A stretch of DNA of 64,000 nucleotides. Source: Callorhinchus milii (Eukaryota). Location of the stretch: positions 1 through 64,000 of the forward strand of contig NW_024704805.1 of the NCBI RefSeq assembly GCF_018977255.1, in the 5' to 3' direction. This document shows positions 36,236 to 50,552 of the stretch, in pieces (position 1 is the stretch's first letter; each line of letters begins with the position of its first letter). A program made the position numbers and the translations under genes. The notes under the pieces are model-generated. The model did not search any database. It worked only from the letters and a program-made list of their open reading frames with translations, and had not been told where the DNA came from.

Positions 36236-38429
36236 TCATACCACACTTACATAAGAGGGAAAACATTATATTCAAAATAATACGCGTTGCATTGAAACTC
36301 CGCTTCATCCTCAAATCTCGAATCAAAATCTCTGATTGAAATGCAACCAGAAATCAGCAAAAGGCTGCAAAAGTTTACAAAATTTGTCGAACGCCGTTAA
36401 CGTTGTAGGTTATAATTATATTCTCGGTGACGGCTTCACTATCTGCTCACTCCATGTATATTTGTTTGTGCTAAATTCATTCGCCAATCGACTAACACCA
36501 GGGCTCCTATTGATCGATATGTCAACAGAGACGTTTGTTTGGATGAAGAAAACTGTCCCAACATTGCTCCCTGCTCGAGAAGTGAACACTCGCCCTTTCC
36601 CTTANNNNNNNNNNNNNNNNNNNNNNNNNNNNNNNNNNNNNNNNNNNNNNNNNNNNNNNNNNNNNNNNNNNNNNNNNNNNNNNNNNNNNNNNNNNNNNNN
36701 NNNNNNNNNNNNNNNNNNNNNNNNNNNNNNNNNNCTACGTCTATCTCTCTCAATCTCCGTCTATCACGCTCTCTAAGTCTCTCTCACAGACTCTCTCTAC
36801 AAACGATAATCTCCAGCACTTTCTCCTTGACATATTTCCAGAGAGCCTGAGGATAGACTTGAGGCTCGACCACCAATAGTGCGCGGAATTAAGGAGTCGA
36901 GCAGGTCACCATGGCTTTTGATGGTCCCAGATGATCCGGGTTTATTTCCAGGAAAGGGCGAAATATTAGGCACGTTTCCGTAATCGACGCCAAGGTTCCT
37001 GCAGCAGTAATATGGAAGCCGCTTATTAGTCGATTTAGGGATCGCTTTCTGGTGGAGATAATCCCTTCATATTAATAATGATAATTCTTCTCAACCCATG
37101 GTTGTACGTGGGACACGGCCGCGCGCAATTCGGTGCCACGTTTCGCCCAAAAATTACAGAGTCAATTCATTTTACAGGTTATGGTGTGAAGCGTTTGAGA
37201 TGTTTTCAACAACAAACTTACATTTATAGAGCCCTTCCATGTCGGGAGAACGTCCCAAAGCGCAGATTTTCAAAACATGAGAAGTGCGCGTATCAAATCC
37301 AAGGATTATTGTTATTGATGAAATTGGAAGTAGAATTTGCATTATTTAATTCTCACCCACTGATAATGATAATAGTATAATAATATAAGAGTATTATTAT
37401 TATATTATTATTTTTCCTGCCTCAGAGACCTCCTGACTCTGTACCAACCTACTCGATCCCTCTGTTTGGAGATCTCCTTCTGCTTCACATTCCCTGCTTC
37501 GCCGACCCCACCATTAGTGGGTGAACCTTCAGCCACTCCACCCAAAAACTTTCGGTGCAGTCCCACCGTCTGGCCCCCTCACTTGACCGATCTAAAGACA
37601 GTCTATTCCCACCTTGTTGTCAGTTACCCTACTTCCCGACAAATACACCATCCGCACCCACACTACACACCCATCCCCCCCTCTCCCCAATAAGTTCTTT
37701 TCACATCCTCACAAGGAGGACCAGTGACGTTGCAATGAAAGTGGCACAGCGCAATATCAACTCCTGTTGGCAATAAATTGGCAATGCAATTTTCAAGTTT
37801 AATATGAACGCAGTGTAAACCACAAGAAACTATTTTATTCCTCAAATACAAAACAGCCACCAGGACAGAGGCAGACGAACTGGTTTGGTTTCACTGTCTG
37901 ACCACTCTCTAGCATTGGGTGATGATAACCAGAACGAGTGAAAGTGTTGTGCAATTAGTGACATCGGATTTAGTGGGGAATTGCTTATTTACATAAACAG
38001 ATGAAAAGCGAATGAGGGTGCATTTTTCAAACATAAAACAACACCGAAAAATAGCTTCCAGTCGCGGTCTTACGTGAAGGATCCAAAACGAACGAAGATT
38101 GTTTGTACTTTTGGAGAAAAAGTAAGAATTTATTAATTGAATTTTATTGGATCTGTAATACCGTGGCCAGTTAATGGGTGGTGTTATTGTACTGTAACAG
38201 TGGAAGGAATTAACGGCTTCGATTGCAGGCTTTATAGGCATTCCTATCTGTCAGATCTTGGGGCATTTGAAATCCACCCTCCCCATTCAGTGCTTGATTA
38301 TTGACAGCTGTAGGTGACCAGGAAACTGGAGTAAGTGGCGCTGCAGGGGTTCAACTGGCAAGTCTTTCCGACGCGTAGGGTGCTACACATTTGTAATTTG
38401 TTGCAGCATATTGTTGTTGCCACTCACCA

Positions 38430-39380
38430 TTCACACAGAAATCCACAAACAGCCCTTCCCATCCTCAACCGAACCCAGTCCCTTCACATTCTCACACATA
38501 TCTAGCCCCTATCCCTCGTCACTCAAATCCAGGCCCTCCCCATCCACAGCAGCAATGAGCCCCTTCCCAGCTTCACACTGACCCGGACCCTCCCAATCCT
38601 CGCACGATCCCCTTACCTCCCCATCGTCACCCACAAAAATGCCCTCCCCACCCAGAACCACTCCCAGCACCTCGCATTCAGCAACCGCTCCCAGTCCCTC
38701 CTCATCCTCACACACACCCATCCCCTCCCCATCCTCACACACTGCAAGAACCTCGCCATGCTAACACACACCCAGCCCTTCCCCATCCTCACACACAGCC
38801 AGCACCTCCCCATCCGCACACACTCCTGGCACCTCCCCATTCTGACACACACCCAGCACCTCCCCATCCTCACACAATGCTAGCACCTCCCCATGCTGAC
38901 ACACAGCCAGCCCTTCCCCATCCTCACACACAGCCAGTCACTCCACGTCCGCGCACACACACACAGCACCTCCCCAAAAATCAAACACTGCCCCGACTCA
39001 TCCTCACCAAACACACAGCCCATCCCCTTTCACATCCGCTCCCAGCCCTTCCCCATCCTCACACACAACAGCCCCTCCCCATCCTCACACACTGCTAGCA
39101 TCTCCCCATTCTTACACACACCCAGCCCTTCCTCATCCTCACACACACCCAGTCACTCTCCCTCCGCACACACACACACAGCACCTCCCCAAAACTCAAA
39201 CACTGCCCCTTACTCATCCTCACCAAACACACAGCCCATCCCCTTTCACAACCGCTCCCAGCCCCTCCCCATCCTCTCACACACACCCAGCCCTTCCGCG
39301 TCCACGCATAAAACCAGCCCGTCCCCAATGTCACAAATACACAGCCACTCCCCATCCTCACCCACACCAAGCTCCTCCTT
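38430..39380 (+). repeat. C/A-rich minisatellite (CCCAGCCCTTCCCCATCCTCACACACA-like units)
   Basis: Dozens of degenerate units, plus an internal duplication of about 190 bp (38950-39060 vs 39170-39280). Confidence 0.85.
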
Positions 39381-39409
39381 GTTATAGTGACCAGCTGAGC
39401 ACGATCACC

Positions 39410-39626
39410 ATAATCACTAGACCAGCACTAAAACCATGTTGATGATCTCGGCACTAACACTATGGTGACCAACTCAGCAATAACAACATGGTGACCAGCT
39501 CAGCACTGTCACTATGCTGACCAGATCAGCATTAACACCATGGTGACCAGCTCAGCACTAACACCATGGTGACCAGCTCAGCACTGACCCCATGGTGACC
39601 AGCTCACCACTAACACCACGGTGACT
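39410..39626 (+). repeat. About 25-bp tandem repeat (GCACTAACACCATGGTGACCAGCTCA)
   Basis: About 8 degenerate units. Confidence 0.85.
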
Positions 39627-40823
39627 GTGGGAATGTAAGTAGTCTAAGATACGTAAAGTGCAGAGTGTCTAGACTATGATAATGTTAAAGTGGTTTTTTA
39701 CGCAACAACGTAGATAAATTGGAGCAGAACCAATGTCCTTGTCCTGTCCTTTCTGTAAATGTATAACCGAACTTGTGTTGACTGAGCATTGCTTGTCAAT
39801 CAACAGCAAGAATTACTTTGAGATACGAGGTGTTCGCAAATAATGATGTATATAAACTGATGGAACTGCCCCATTGGCAGAGGAAGAGTACCGTTTCTTC
39901 TGAGAGACGTGCTATTGTATTGCCTCTCGCTTTCTCTTTCCTTCCTGCAAGGATTAAATAAACTATATTTCTGAGCTAACCCTGTTTCTGAGTGTCCGTT
40001 TAATCCTATCTATAGCGACTACATCCTGGGTTCGACAGACAGGAGCTTCAATCTGTCTGCAACCTTGATTCGGGATTGTCGATGGGCACTGAACTGGGAG
40101 TTTTACTGTGTTTCTTTCCGTGAAATGTGAGTTTTGGTGGTCAGTTTGGTGGGAATATTTAATGTGTTTTGTAAGATATTCAAACTACCGAAGAGTAATG
40201 AACCCATTAAGACAAGTGAGCAATCAATCGTTTAATTCGACATCACATCAATTAACACGTAGAAAATATAATTCTTACAGTTTAAGCAAGTTACAACGAT
40301 AGGTTACAGGAAAAACGATATGATCCGTTCCTACTCGAGAGCAAATGTGTAATTCGTCTGATCACGTCTCCTGCTTTTGTCGTCTCTAATCTGCATGTGA
40401 AAACTACGCAGCTTAAAATACAATTGTAGTTTAAATTAAGCAAGGCCTGAGGATGCACTTGCTCTTTTATACCTGCTCTTAAGATGTCCATCTGTTACTT
40501 GTGTTTCGTGCCATTGGATAGTCCGTTGCTTTGCAATAGCTGTTTTGCTTAAAATACACGACCCTTTGCTCCTTTATCTCTCCCGACCTCTCTTACCTCA
40601 ACCAATCTTTTTGGGTTTTGATTGTGTCCCGTTTTGCTTTGTGTTCCGTCCTTGACGATAACTTGTGCGTATACCATTGCTGTTTGGTTCTTGTCGACTG
40701 TGAATTAGGGTTTCTGGCATATCCTGTAATCTCCAAAGCTAACCTGGGAAATCGGTCGCAGAGTGCAGCATTCCCCGATTTCTATTGAAATCAACATTGT
40801 ATTAGAGTCGCCGGCAACATTTG

Positions 40824-41740
40824 TTAATTAAATAATTTAACAAATAGATTTAATGGAAACTTCACCAGTTTGTTCAGTTCCTCCCTAAATTTCGTCTGGG
40901 AAACCGCGTAAATACACGTGTTTGTACAGGAACTGAAAAGCTGCAGCATGTAACCAGTTTGCCAGGTTATATAAACAGGATCCAAAGGGCCTTTGTGGAA
41001 ATAACTTTTTGAAAACCTCCAATATATGTAAAATAAAACATACGTCATCCATAATAATATAAAACTGTTTGAAACCGCAAAGAGCAAAGCAATGGATTTC
41101 CTTCTGTTCCTCATCTCCGGATCACTGTCACTCGCTCTTCTATTCCTGTCCCCATTACTCTGTCCCCGCAATCTTTTCCGGGCTCGACCGGCCACCAGTA
41201 TGTGCTTGACCGTCAGTGCATTGAGCAGCAAAATAACGAAGAATGGGAGGATTGGTGTTAAAATTAAAGTAAGCGTGTCAAACGCTTTCCATGCGAGAGA
41301 AGTGAAATAGCTTGTTTTAGGATCGCAACCCCACGGTATATCATTAACTATGTACCGTGGTTTAAACATAAAACCCCAGGGGACGTTTATCAGGAAGCAA
41401 TGCACACTCAATATCGCTATCACTGCACAAGAAGTTTTTCCTGAGCAATATTTTGTTTTCAGATTTTAGCAACAAATGGCCACATGTCGATCAAAGGTGA
41501 AAGCCACAGTTAACCAGACAGAGATTGACGTTGTCGAAGTAGCCAGTATCATAAGGAGCGCACAAACATGTGTGATGGACACGAATGAATTTGGGAAATG
41601 ATGAAGAATTACTCGATAGAAAACCACTGATGTGATAATCACCAACAGATCTGCCGTGGACATGGCCACCAGATAGCGAGAGATACATTTGGAGAGTCCG
41701 CACCGCCCTCGAGACAGAATTACAATCGACACCAGGTTTG
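40824..41740 (-). pseudogene. GPR139/GPR142-like class A GPCR, main coding exon with one premature stop
   Basis: Acceptor ctctctctag|CA, then NLVSIVILSRGRCGLSKCISRYLVAMSTADLL...AFTFDRHVAICC*NLKTKYC...NTCIYAVSQTKFREEL. The two listed ORFs are in the same frame, separated only by TAA at 41466-41468. Family assignment is from recalled motifs. Confidence 0.85.
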
Positions 41741-42128
41741 CTAGAGAGAGAGACAGAGAAATGCCCATCACAACAATACATCAACTTGCATTTACTTAGC
41801 AAGTCGCTACAATTAATAAAATATCAAGAAATCGAAAGCAGTGGGCTTTCTGATGGCACAACAGTCGCCTTTCTCTCCAACCTCTGAAGCTAACCTTGTA
41901 GATTCGATGTGAGTTGGCACACAATCTGACTCGCAAATGCGTGACATGCAAAGGTGCAACGACAGGGAAAGAGAGAGAGAGATATGGAGACACACGCAGA
42001 CAGAAAGACACAGAGACAAACAAAGAGAGATAGATACAACAATCACTTCGAATGAAATATCGCCCTTCAAGCGTCTTGGGGCGCTTCATACAGACCTGTA
42101 CAGAGATAACGCGCCTGTGAGAGAGAGT

Positions 42129-42470
42129 GGAGTCCTGTAGCACAGTGGTTGGAGTCCTGTATCTCAGCGGTTGGAGCACTCGCTTTGCAAGGGAGAGACT
42201 TGAGTTCAATTCCAGGTAGACGGCGAAACATTGGACAAGTTTCGTCACTCTACACGCCTAATAATAATCCCTCCCAAACCCCGCCAAAAAGCAATTAATT
42301 GGTGATTTTCAATCTACTACTATTTATGGGTCATTGCTGTGCGCAATTGGCTGCCGCGTTCGTCCACATATATACAGTCAATTCACTTTACAGTGTATTC
42401 TATGAAGCGCTTTGCGACGTCCTCCCGAAGTGAAAATCGCGATATCAAATGCAAGCCTTATTATTATTAT
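42129..42470 (+). mobile_element. tRNA-derived SINE with duplicated 5' head
   Basis: GGAGTCCTGTAGCACAGTGGTT directly repeated before the standard head; family tail and (ATT)n. Confidence 0.8.
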
Positions 42471-43194
42471 ACAATGACAAAAGATGGCAGAAGAGAAGCA
42501 AAGAGAGATATCTCGTCAGTGACTCCATCATTATTTAAAAATGTGTATGATTTTTGCATTGCCTATTTGGATTCTGTACCGTAACTAAAATGGAGTGAAA
42601 CTGCATTAAAATTTCACAATTTTAACGCAGGTTTTCTATACTCTTACGGGTTCTATTTCTCGATCGGAAATGCATAAATAATGCTTGTGCCCTCGAACGC
42701 TGTTTCGCTGTGTGTGTGTGTGTGGTCTGACGCGGAGGTTAATACAGAAGAACATATGCAGCAGACATTGTCAATCGTTTTTGAAGGGATAACACAAGAG
42801 AGATTCACTGACACAGAAATACACTGAGAGAGACAAAAACAATGCGAAAAAAGGAATAAACGCACTCAGAAAGAATGAGAGAGAAAGAGGTGGAGAGAGA
42901 AATACACTCATGGATAGCGAGAGAGAGCTTCAAAGAGAGAGAGAGACAAGCACAAGCGCATGCAGAGAGATACACACCCAGATAGAGAAACATAGACAGA
43001 AAGACACACGCACAGAGACAGAAAGAAATACACATGAAGTTATACATAGATACAGAGCAATACAGTGAAAGAGAAAGAGAGAATCACAGCGATGGAGACA
43101 AGCACGGACTGGTAGAGTGTTAAGGAGATACACAGAGATTGATTCAGATACAGAGATATCAATTGAAAGAGCGTGATACAGAGTGAACATCACA

Positions 43195-43295
43195 CTGTCT
43201 GTCAGACAGACAGACAGACAGACAGACAGACGACAGATAGACAGACAGACAGACAGACAGAGAGACAGACAGACAGACACACAGAAACACAGACA
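43195..43295 (+). repeat. (GACA)n microsatellite within a GA/CA-rich tract (42800-43530)
   Basis: Direct reading. Confidence 0.9.
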
Positions 43296-46200
43296 GTCAC
43301 ACAACAGTCAACAAGAGAGATGGCGAGATACTCAGCGAGAGGCCTACATAAGTTTAAAGAGATATACATATTTATACAGTGTGGGATACAAAGACACCTA
43401 CAGACAAAGCCAGATACAGACATACACACAGACGCACGGACACACCCACACACCCACCCACACACACACGCATACACAGATAGGGACAGATAGAGAGAGA
43501 GAGGGAGAGAGAGAGAGAGAGAGAGAGAGATTTCTCATTGCTGTAGGTATTATTGTTTGACAATTTGGATATTTTTTTCCGCCTACCTAAAGTTGGAATT
43601 GTGGATCAAATAAAGGTACTCAATTTTAAGATCTGGATTTCTATATAATTCTTATAGGTTATGTTTATGGAAGACAATCATAAAACTGTCCCTTATGTGG
43701 CTGACATCGGGCCCTCATTAATAATAAAATTATTAATAATAATTAGTAGAAATGCTTGCATTCGATACAACGCTTTAACGTTTCGCAGTGAGGTCTCAAT
43801 GCGGTTCACAACATAACCTGAAAAGTGAATTAACGGTATATTTTGTCGGCGAAATGGGGCAGCGAAACGCACAAAGTTTAACAATTTAAAATTGTGGGTA
43901 AATTGCCAGAAAGCGACACAGGCCAAAAGCTTGGACTATCACGGAACGGACCCTCAGCTCAATGAAGTGTTGTGATCTTCAACCCGCAAACGTCTAACTG
44001 AGAGGCAAGAACACCAACAAATGAGTCACACGTATGGATAATCATTGGCTAAACTCACAGTTTGAGATAATAATACCCGTTGCGATTTTCCGATCATTTT
44101 CTCTTTTTCCCTCTGTGTAATATATAATAATAATAGTAATTTTACTTGCGTTTGATATGGCACTTTTCACTATTTATAGACATATCAAAAGGCTTCACAT
44201 AATATATCCATTTACCGAGTAGTACGCAGACACACGGTTGTTATTCAAATGGGAGTTCACATTTCCGTGAATAATAATCATTAAAATAAACATCTGGCCG
44301 CTCAATCCATGTTTGTTTGTGATATAATGCAATGCGCAATTGGCTGCCGGGTTTAACCTATGAGTATAAAGACAATTCTCTGTGCACTATATTCTCTGAA
44401 GCGCTTTGCGATGTGTGGAATACGTACAAAGTGCAATATCAAACGTGAGGAATATTATTATTTTTGTAAAGTGAATTGACTGTACATTTGTGGACGAATC
44501 GCGGCAGCCAATTCCAGCCAAAAATGTGTCACTGACTCTCTTGGATTGATGACATAATTTTTTAAAGTATCTCCAAAAACCGATCTATCAATCGACTAAC
44601 AGTCGGGTTCCAACTTCGTGCTCGGTAAACAGAGGCATGTTACGTAAATAATGTTGCCCAACATTTCGCGCTCCCGGAAATTGAACCCAGGACTCTCGCT
44701 TGCGATGTTATTGCTGCATCCACCGAGCTACAGGAATCCATTTATATATATATGTATATTAATAGCACAATGCGGACTGAATAACATTTGATGCGGCGCC
44801 ACCTGTCGGCATCCAAACATCCCAAAGCATTTGAGTTTACTGAAAAGCCTATTGGTTGGCAAACGCGGCAATTAAAAGAAGACAAAAGGATATTAAGTTA
44901 ATTATCAATCATATTGCAGATTTTTTTTAAAAGTAGTTGTTGCCCAACAACCCCCAAGCAAATCGCCCTGTTTTTTTAATTGTGCTGCAGGATCCTTAAT
45001 ATCTGAAGAGTCAAGTAGGACTTTACTTATTAAATCCGCATAAAAATCGCGGCTCCTCCAAACAAGATCAATGGGTCGGGGTCTTCAAACCACATCATTC
45101 TGATTCAGAGGAGAAACTGCTACCAGCTGAGTCAGGCTGCAAACTTTACTGCAAACTAGTCTAACTAACAATTAAGTTAAACAACTTGCCAGGAACTCCA
45201 AAGGCAGCGAGAACCGGATAGTAAATGTTTTGTATCCTGTGTATTGGCGCAATTATCATCTCCACAGTCAACCGATGGTAACTCCTCTCGGTTCATACAA
45301 GAGATCAGAATAACTGTATGAGATTCAAGAGCGAAAAACACAGCCTGATTTATACCAACGTGAACGCTTGACTCAGAAGATTTATTACATGATGACTAAC
45401 GAGATTCAGCCAGGTGGAAAAGATGTACTCTCCCTGAGCGGTGCAACTTAGGTAAATTAATTATATTTTGCAACTTGGTATGACATCCATGCGGAATCCT
45501 ATCGCCACGGTTTCGACATCGAGAAGCCACCCTGCGTTCAGGATACACTGTAAATGCTGTTTGCTGTTATTAAAATATCCAAACCAGAAACAGTGGTCAA
45601 CATATGTAGCCATTTACAAATGTTTATATGCAATAATAATAATAATAATAATGTAAACCACACAGTGTCTGAAATTCACGGCTCAATCTCTCAATCTCTC
45701 CCTGGAACTAATTCTGGAGGGAAGAAACAAGTCTTTGGTCCCCAGTGAAGGCACTGTTGCAGATCATCGAGCTATGATGAAATGTTTTAGAATAATAACC
45801 CACAGTAATAATAATGATCCTCGACTTTGATAAAGCCATTTATCAGGTCTTTGAGACTTCTCGAAACGATTCGCAGATATATTGCAAAGTGAACTGACTG
45901 TTTTGTTTTGTGTGCGAAATAATTCCAGCATGATATTGGAGGTGATTGACTCCCGACCCCGCAGTGTTGACGTGTGATGTCATTTAAGTCGTCTAAGTTA
46001 ATCTGCGAAATATACATGTGATCAGAAACAATTTCCGATCAACTATTTTTGTTTGAAGAGAACCGCAGAATGGTGGATTCTTGAAGAACTCAAGGAAGCC
46101 ATTCGGCCAATCGTGCCAGTGCTGTGCAGTCAAACTTTTTCGGGATAATAATTCCTTAAAAAAACGGAAAATGTGTCTCGTAACCCAAGACCTTTTGTGG

Positions 46201-47114
46201 GACATTGCTGTGCATGTTTGGCTGATGCATTTCGCCCACAATATATACAGTCAATTCACATTGCGATATCAAATGCAACGATAACATTCTTATTAAATAT
46301 GCTCAATGTTATTTATATTTACAATTGTCTTTCAGATCTGACCCATAGAGTTGACGTCAAAGAGAAAACAAGTCAATTCCACTCGCCTACTCTTTCCCCA
46401 TAGCCCTGTAATAGTTTTTGTTCTTTGTAACTAACTGCAGAATTACCTTGTGAATACGAAGCCATCGAATCTGGTTCCCACACCCTATTAGGCAGTGCAT
46501 TCTGAACCGTAACAAGACTCTGAGTTAGATAATGTCTCACTGTCTCCCCCCCGGTTAGTTTGCCAATTATCTTAAAGCTGCAAAATAAATCCAGGAGCTG
46601 TGAATGCTTTATATGTAAACAAAATGTGACATAGAATTTCGATTAAGCGGTTGGGCTGAAATTCAACACCAGTTCAAATTAAGTTTCACTCGCAAAACAT
46701 TAATTTCAACGCAAAATGTCCCTGAAGTTTAAACAGTTGACGTTCACAGAGATCAAAGGCCTAAAATGCCGTTGATAAAGGGGAAAAACATACTGAGAGA
46801 GAGAGGGATGTCGCAAAGCATTACACATGATGTACTGTTTAGTGTATTGACTGTATCTTTCAGCAGATTCACAGCAACTTAGTTTTACAGTATATTTTGT
46901 GAAGCCGTTTGAAACGTCTCGACGTTGTGATAAGGCGCTACATTAAATCTAAGGATTACTATTATTTATTTTACTCTTTTCCCCTGCATGAAGCACTCTA
47001 TCACATTTTATATACTCAACTAAGTTTAAATATATTCTGTGAAGCACATTGAGAGGTCTCAATGGAGCGACAAGTCACGAAATCAAACGTAAGGAGTATT
47101 ATACTTGTTACTAT

Positions 47115-47518
47115 ATTTTAGCCTCTCAGCCCATAGGCTCTGGAACTCCATCCCACAGTGCCTTCGCCGCTTTCTCCCTTTCCTCCTTCAGCGTCGGTCT
47201 CAAGACCTTTCTATTCAACAGCGGTTGAATAGTTGAATGGTTGAAGGCACGGTCACAGAGAAAGGTATTTAGACCGGCCTTGAAGGAGGAAAGTGAGGAG
47301 GCAAGGCGAAGACACTAGGGGATAGAGTTCCAGAGCCTAGGGCCTGACAGGCTGAAGGCACGGCCACCGATCGTAGGGCGGTTGGGGCGGGGGATGTGGA
47401 GCAGACCGGAGCCAGTGGAACGGAGGTTACGGGCAGGTAGGTTTGCGGATATTCGGTCGGAGAGATGGGAGGGAGCGAGGCCGTGAATGGCCTTGTAGGT
47501 GAGGGTGAGGATCTTGAA
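47115..47518. mobile_element. Two L2 3' fragments in opposite orientation (plus 47115-47220, minus 47250-47518)
   Basis: Peptide FKILTLTYKAIHGLAPS...IGGRAFSLSGPRLWNSIP on minus; overlapping homologous piece on plus. Confidence 0.75.
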
Positions 47519-49467
47519 CACACACAAACACACACACACACACACAAACGCACACACACGCCTCTGTTTATTGGTATGAGCAACCCCCCCTGTTTTTCGA
47601 TTGTTGCATCGCTTTTCAGCTGTAAAAATCTCTACAATATAATAATAAAAATAATTGAATTATTAGTCCATCTCTTAATATGGGACGCCGCCTCTTTTAA
47701 GCGAATTGTACCAATGATGGGCCGCGTTTCGCCCACAAAACACAGTCTGCAAAGTGTTTGGTGGCGTCTTGTTGACGTAATGAGGCGCTGTATACAATGA
47801 AAAGATTGTTAATTTTTTTTTCACAAATGTCATTGAGCTTGAGCACTGTGGTGATTACGGTTGTGAGGAGGAGCTGATCGCAAGTGGAATCAGAAGTTGT
47901 GTATTATTTTTTGTCCTGAACGATGAACCAGGAGGACAAAACAGTTTGGGCCTGTGTGTGAGGGAGAGCAGGTAGTTTTGAACATGTTGGGGGCCGCTTT
48001 CTTCTTATAATCCGAATATTCCTTGCATCGTATATGGATCCTTATCACGACGCAAAGGGTTTCGCAAAATACACTGAAGACTTGATTGATTTAATATTTT
48101 CTTTGAAAAATAAATCACTAGATTGTGCACAGTAATGTTCCAAACACAGATTGAGCAAATGAATTAGTATTGTACTCATGTATTAATTTACTTGCTTAAA
48201 AAAAAACAATGTATGTGTTTTCCTTTTTAAATTAACATGGTTTTAGTTATCTACCAACCGAGTAACAAGTAGGTTCCTACTTATTTTTAGGTAAACAGCG
48301 AGACGTGCGAAGCAAGTATAATTGCTGAACATTTTTTATAACCAGTGAATCGAACCCAGGTCCTCTCGCTTGTGACACTATTGCACTAACCACTAAGCTA
48401 AAATACTCCACATTATTTGCAGTGCTAAGCGCTAATGAGGTTTACTCCTGATGTGAAAGCTGCTGTAAAACAGTCAGTTTTATTGTAATGTTATATGGCG
48501 AGATCTATTGGCATTTCAGGAGAATGTCAGTTCCGTGTGGTCGGAGTAGTTGAAGTATCAAACCTATAATCTTCTTTAGGATAACCGGGTGTGCAATGTG
48601 GACAGTACATCATTAATATGAATATTTCGATCAGATTAAAATAGTCCACTTCAACAGCCTCCTCTTCAATCTCTCCTTCAGATATATTTCCTCCACGAAT
48701 TCCCCCACCATAATAGGACTTGTTAAATAGGTCAACTGTCAGACTAACATCTGCGCTGATTTCAAACCCGCTCTCTCCTCTTGAGTGATTTATTTACAGT
48801 GATGTATTCTGTCAATAACACAATGATATAATAAAAATAATGATTCCATTTGATACAGAAACTTATCACATCACCCTCAGCGACTGCCACAAACACTATC
48901 CACCCGGACACTGACTTCGCTCTGTCAGGATATTGCTGTTATTTCATGTCGTTCCGTGGGATCTTTATTATCCAACTGAACAGTCAGGGATAGAGTGATC
49001 AACATTAATCTGAAGGGATTATTACCTCTTGGAAAAGCGACCCGTTGATCGATTTGCAATCGGGTCCTTATTCATTCCTCGGTTAACAACAGCCTGTGTG
49101 AGGAGCGATGAAACTTGCCTAAGGTCTCACCAGGATCGGGATCGAACCCGGGTCCTCTAGTTTGAGATTCGATGATTATTCCCACTCCTCCACAGTGCTC
49201 CGTTTAATTAAAAAAACAAAAGTAACATGATTTGTTTTATTACGTTCACAAATGAAAGTAAATCAATAGTAACTGGACGTGTAATACCTAATTCTATCAA
49301 TCATTGCTGTCTGCATTTATTATAACATATAGTGGTGTGAAACTTCAGCTGAGAAGTTGGTGTGAGGTTAATGTGGTTTCCTCTGAGTCTGGTTACAGAC
49401 AGATCATCCTTATGTTCAAAGTGAAGGCAGTTTTTGTACGAGACTTACAGTGCTGTTTATCACTGTG

Positions 49468-49780
49468 GTGATTCTCAATGCACAGTAGTACACAGCGCTG
49501 TCAGACACCACCAGCTCGGAGATGGATAAACTGGTGGATGAGTCGGATTTGTGGAGCTCAGCAGAGAAACGATGTCCAATTCCTGTTCCTTTCTGTTGAT
49601 TGTCATCCCCAGAATATCTCCAAATTACAAACTCCGGCTGTTTGTCTGGGTAATGTCTGTACCAGTAGAGAGTATAATAGCTTTCAGTTGTGGAATAGCT
49701 ACATTGGAAAATTACAGATTCTCCATCTCTTTTAACCATCGTGGCAGCAGTCTGCCTGACAGTGTTCGCATCACAGAAAT
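49468..49780 (-). CDS. TCR alpha/delta V exon, apparently functional
   Basis: FCDANTVRQTAATMVKRDGESVIFQCSYSTTESYYTLYWYRHYPDKQPEF...SDSAVYYCALRI. RSS: CACAGTG, 23 nt, ACAAAAACT (49429-49467). Confidence 0.92.
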
Positions 49781-50402
49781 CTGCAATGAACATAGAAGAG
49801 CATAGCAATATATTCACTCGTTGCTCGAAATATTTTGTCAGCGCTTTGAGCCTCCTCCCGTCGAGAACTACGCTATATATACTACCTTTGTTAATAACGG
49901 AATAATATTAATCAACGTATTGTGTATAAAATATTATCGCTTTGTTGGGAGTTGTTAATGCGCTTCACATAATATGTTTTCAATTAATTTATCTGTATTT
50001 TTTGGGCGAAAAACGACAACCAATTGCGCAAGGCGTTGCAGAAAAAAAACAGTCGTCGTATGTGCTACCAAAAAATACTTAAATCAAATAATGGATTATT
50101 TTCCTTCAAAAATAGTTCAGACATGACACAATTTTTTTGGAATGGAATTATTGTTTTTAAGGGTTATTGCCCCCTGCTTCAGAAGCACAAGAGTTCCTAC
50201 TTACTGCTGGGTAAACAGAAGTCTGTGTGTGCTTGCAGTGCATGCAGTGTAACGACATTTCCATAAGTTTTGTTTCTGCCCGGGAATCGAACAGAGAGAG
50301 TGCTCTAACTATTGAGATACCACTGAGGTTTCTCACAACAAATGTTGTTGTAATGGAGCTGACCATCAGCAGCAACACTGAATTAGCTCAACGCGGCCTC
50401 AC

Positions 50403-50448
50403 CTGACATAAAGGTTCCCAGCACAAGACAGACAGCAAACAGCCTCAT
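50403..50448 (-). CDS. Leader exon for V at 49468-49780
   Basis: MRLFAVCLVLGTFMS with phase-1 donor G|GTGAGG. Confidence 0.87.
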
Positions 50449-50535
50449 TGCTGCTCTTTAGTCTGTGTCGTTATGTCTATGCCATCAGTTTGCTGATAAC
50501 CCGCAGTGATTGTCGGCATTGGCGTAGCCACAATC

Positions 50536-50552
50536 TCACGTCACCTCATTGG
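50536..50552 (-). promoter_or_regulatory. Candidate V promoter: CCAAT plus CRE-like TGACGTGA
   Basis: About 90-105 bp upstream of the leader ATG and conserved in the paralog near 19135-19151. CRE-like motifs are known in TCR V promoters; function is inferred. Confidence 0.45.

Noticed and set aside
38509-39387. Several overlapping Pro/Ser/His-rich ORFs
   Set aside because: Arise from a C/A-rich minisatellite with no stop-forming triplets.
39410-39626. Regular ~25-bp repeats that could suggest a CRISPR array
   Set aside because: Units are contiguous with no unique spacers; vertebrate context; no cas genes.
48560-48830. Possible further V relic on the minus strand
   Set aside because: No convincing Cys, Trp or YYC framework or RSS could be reconstructed.
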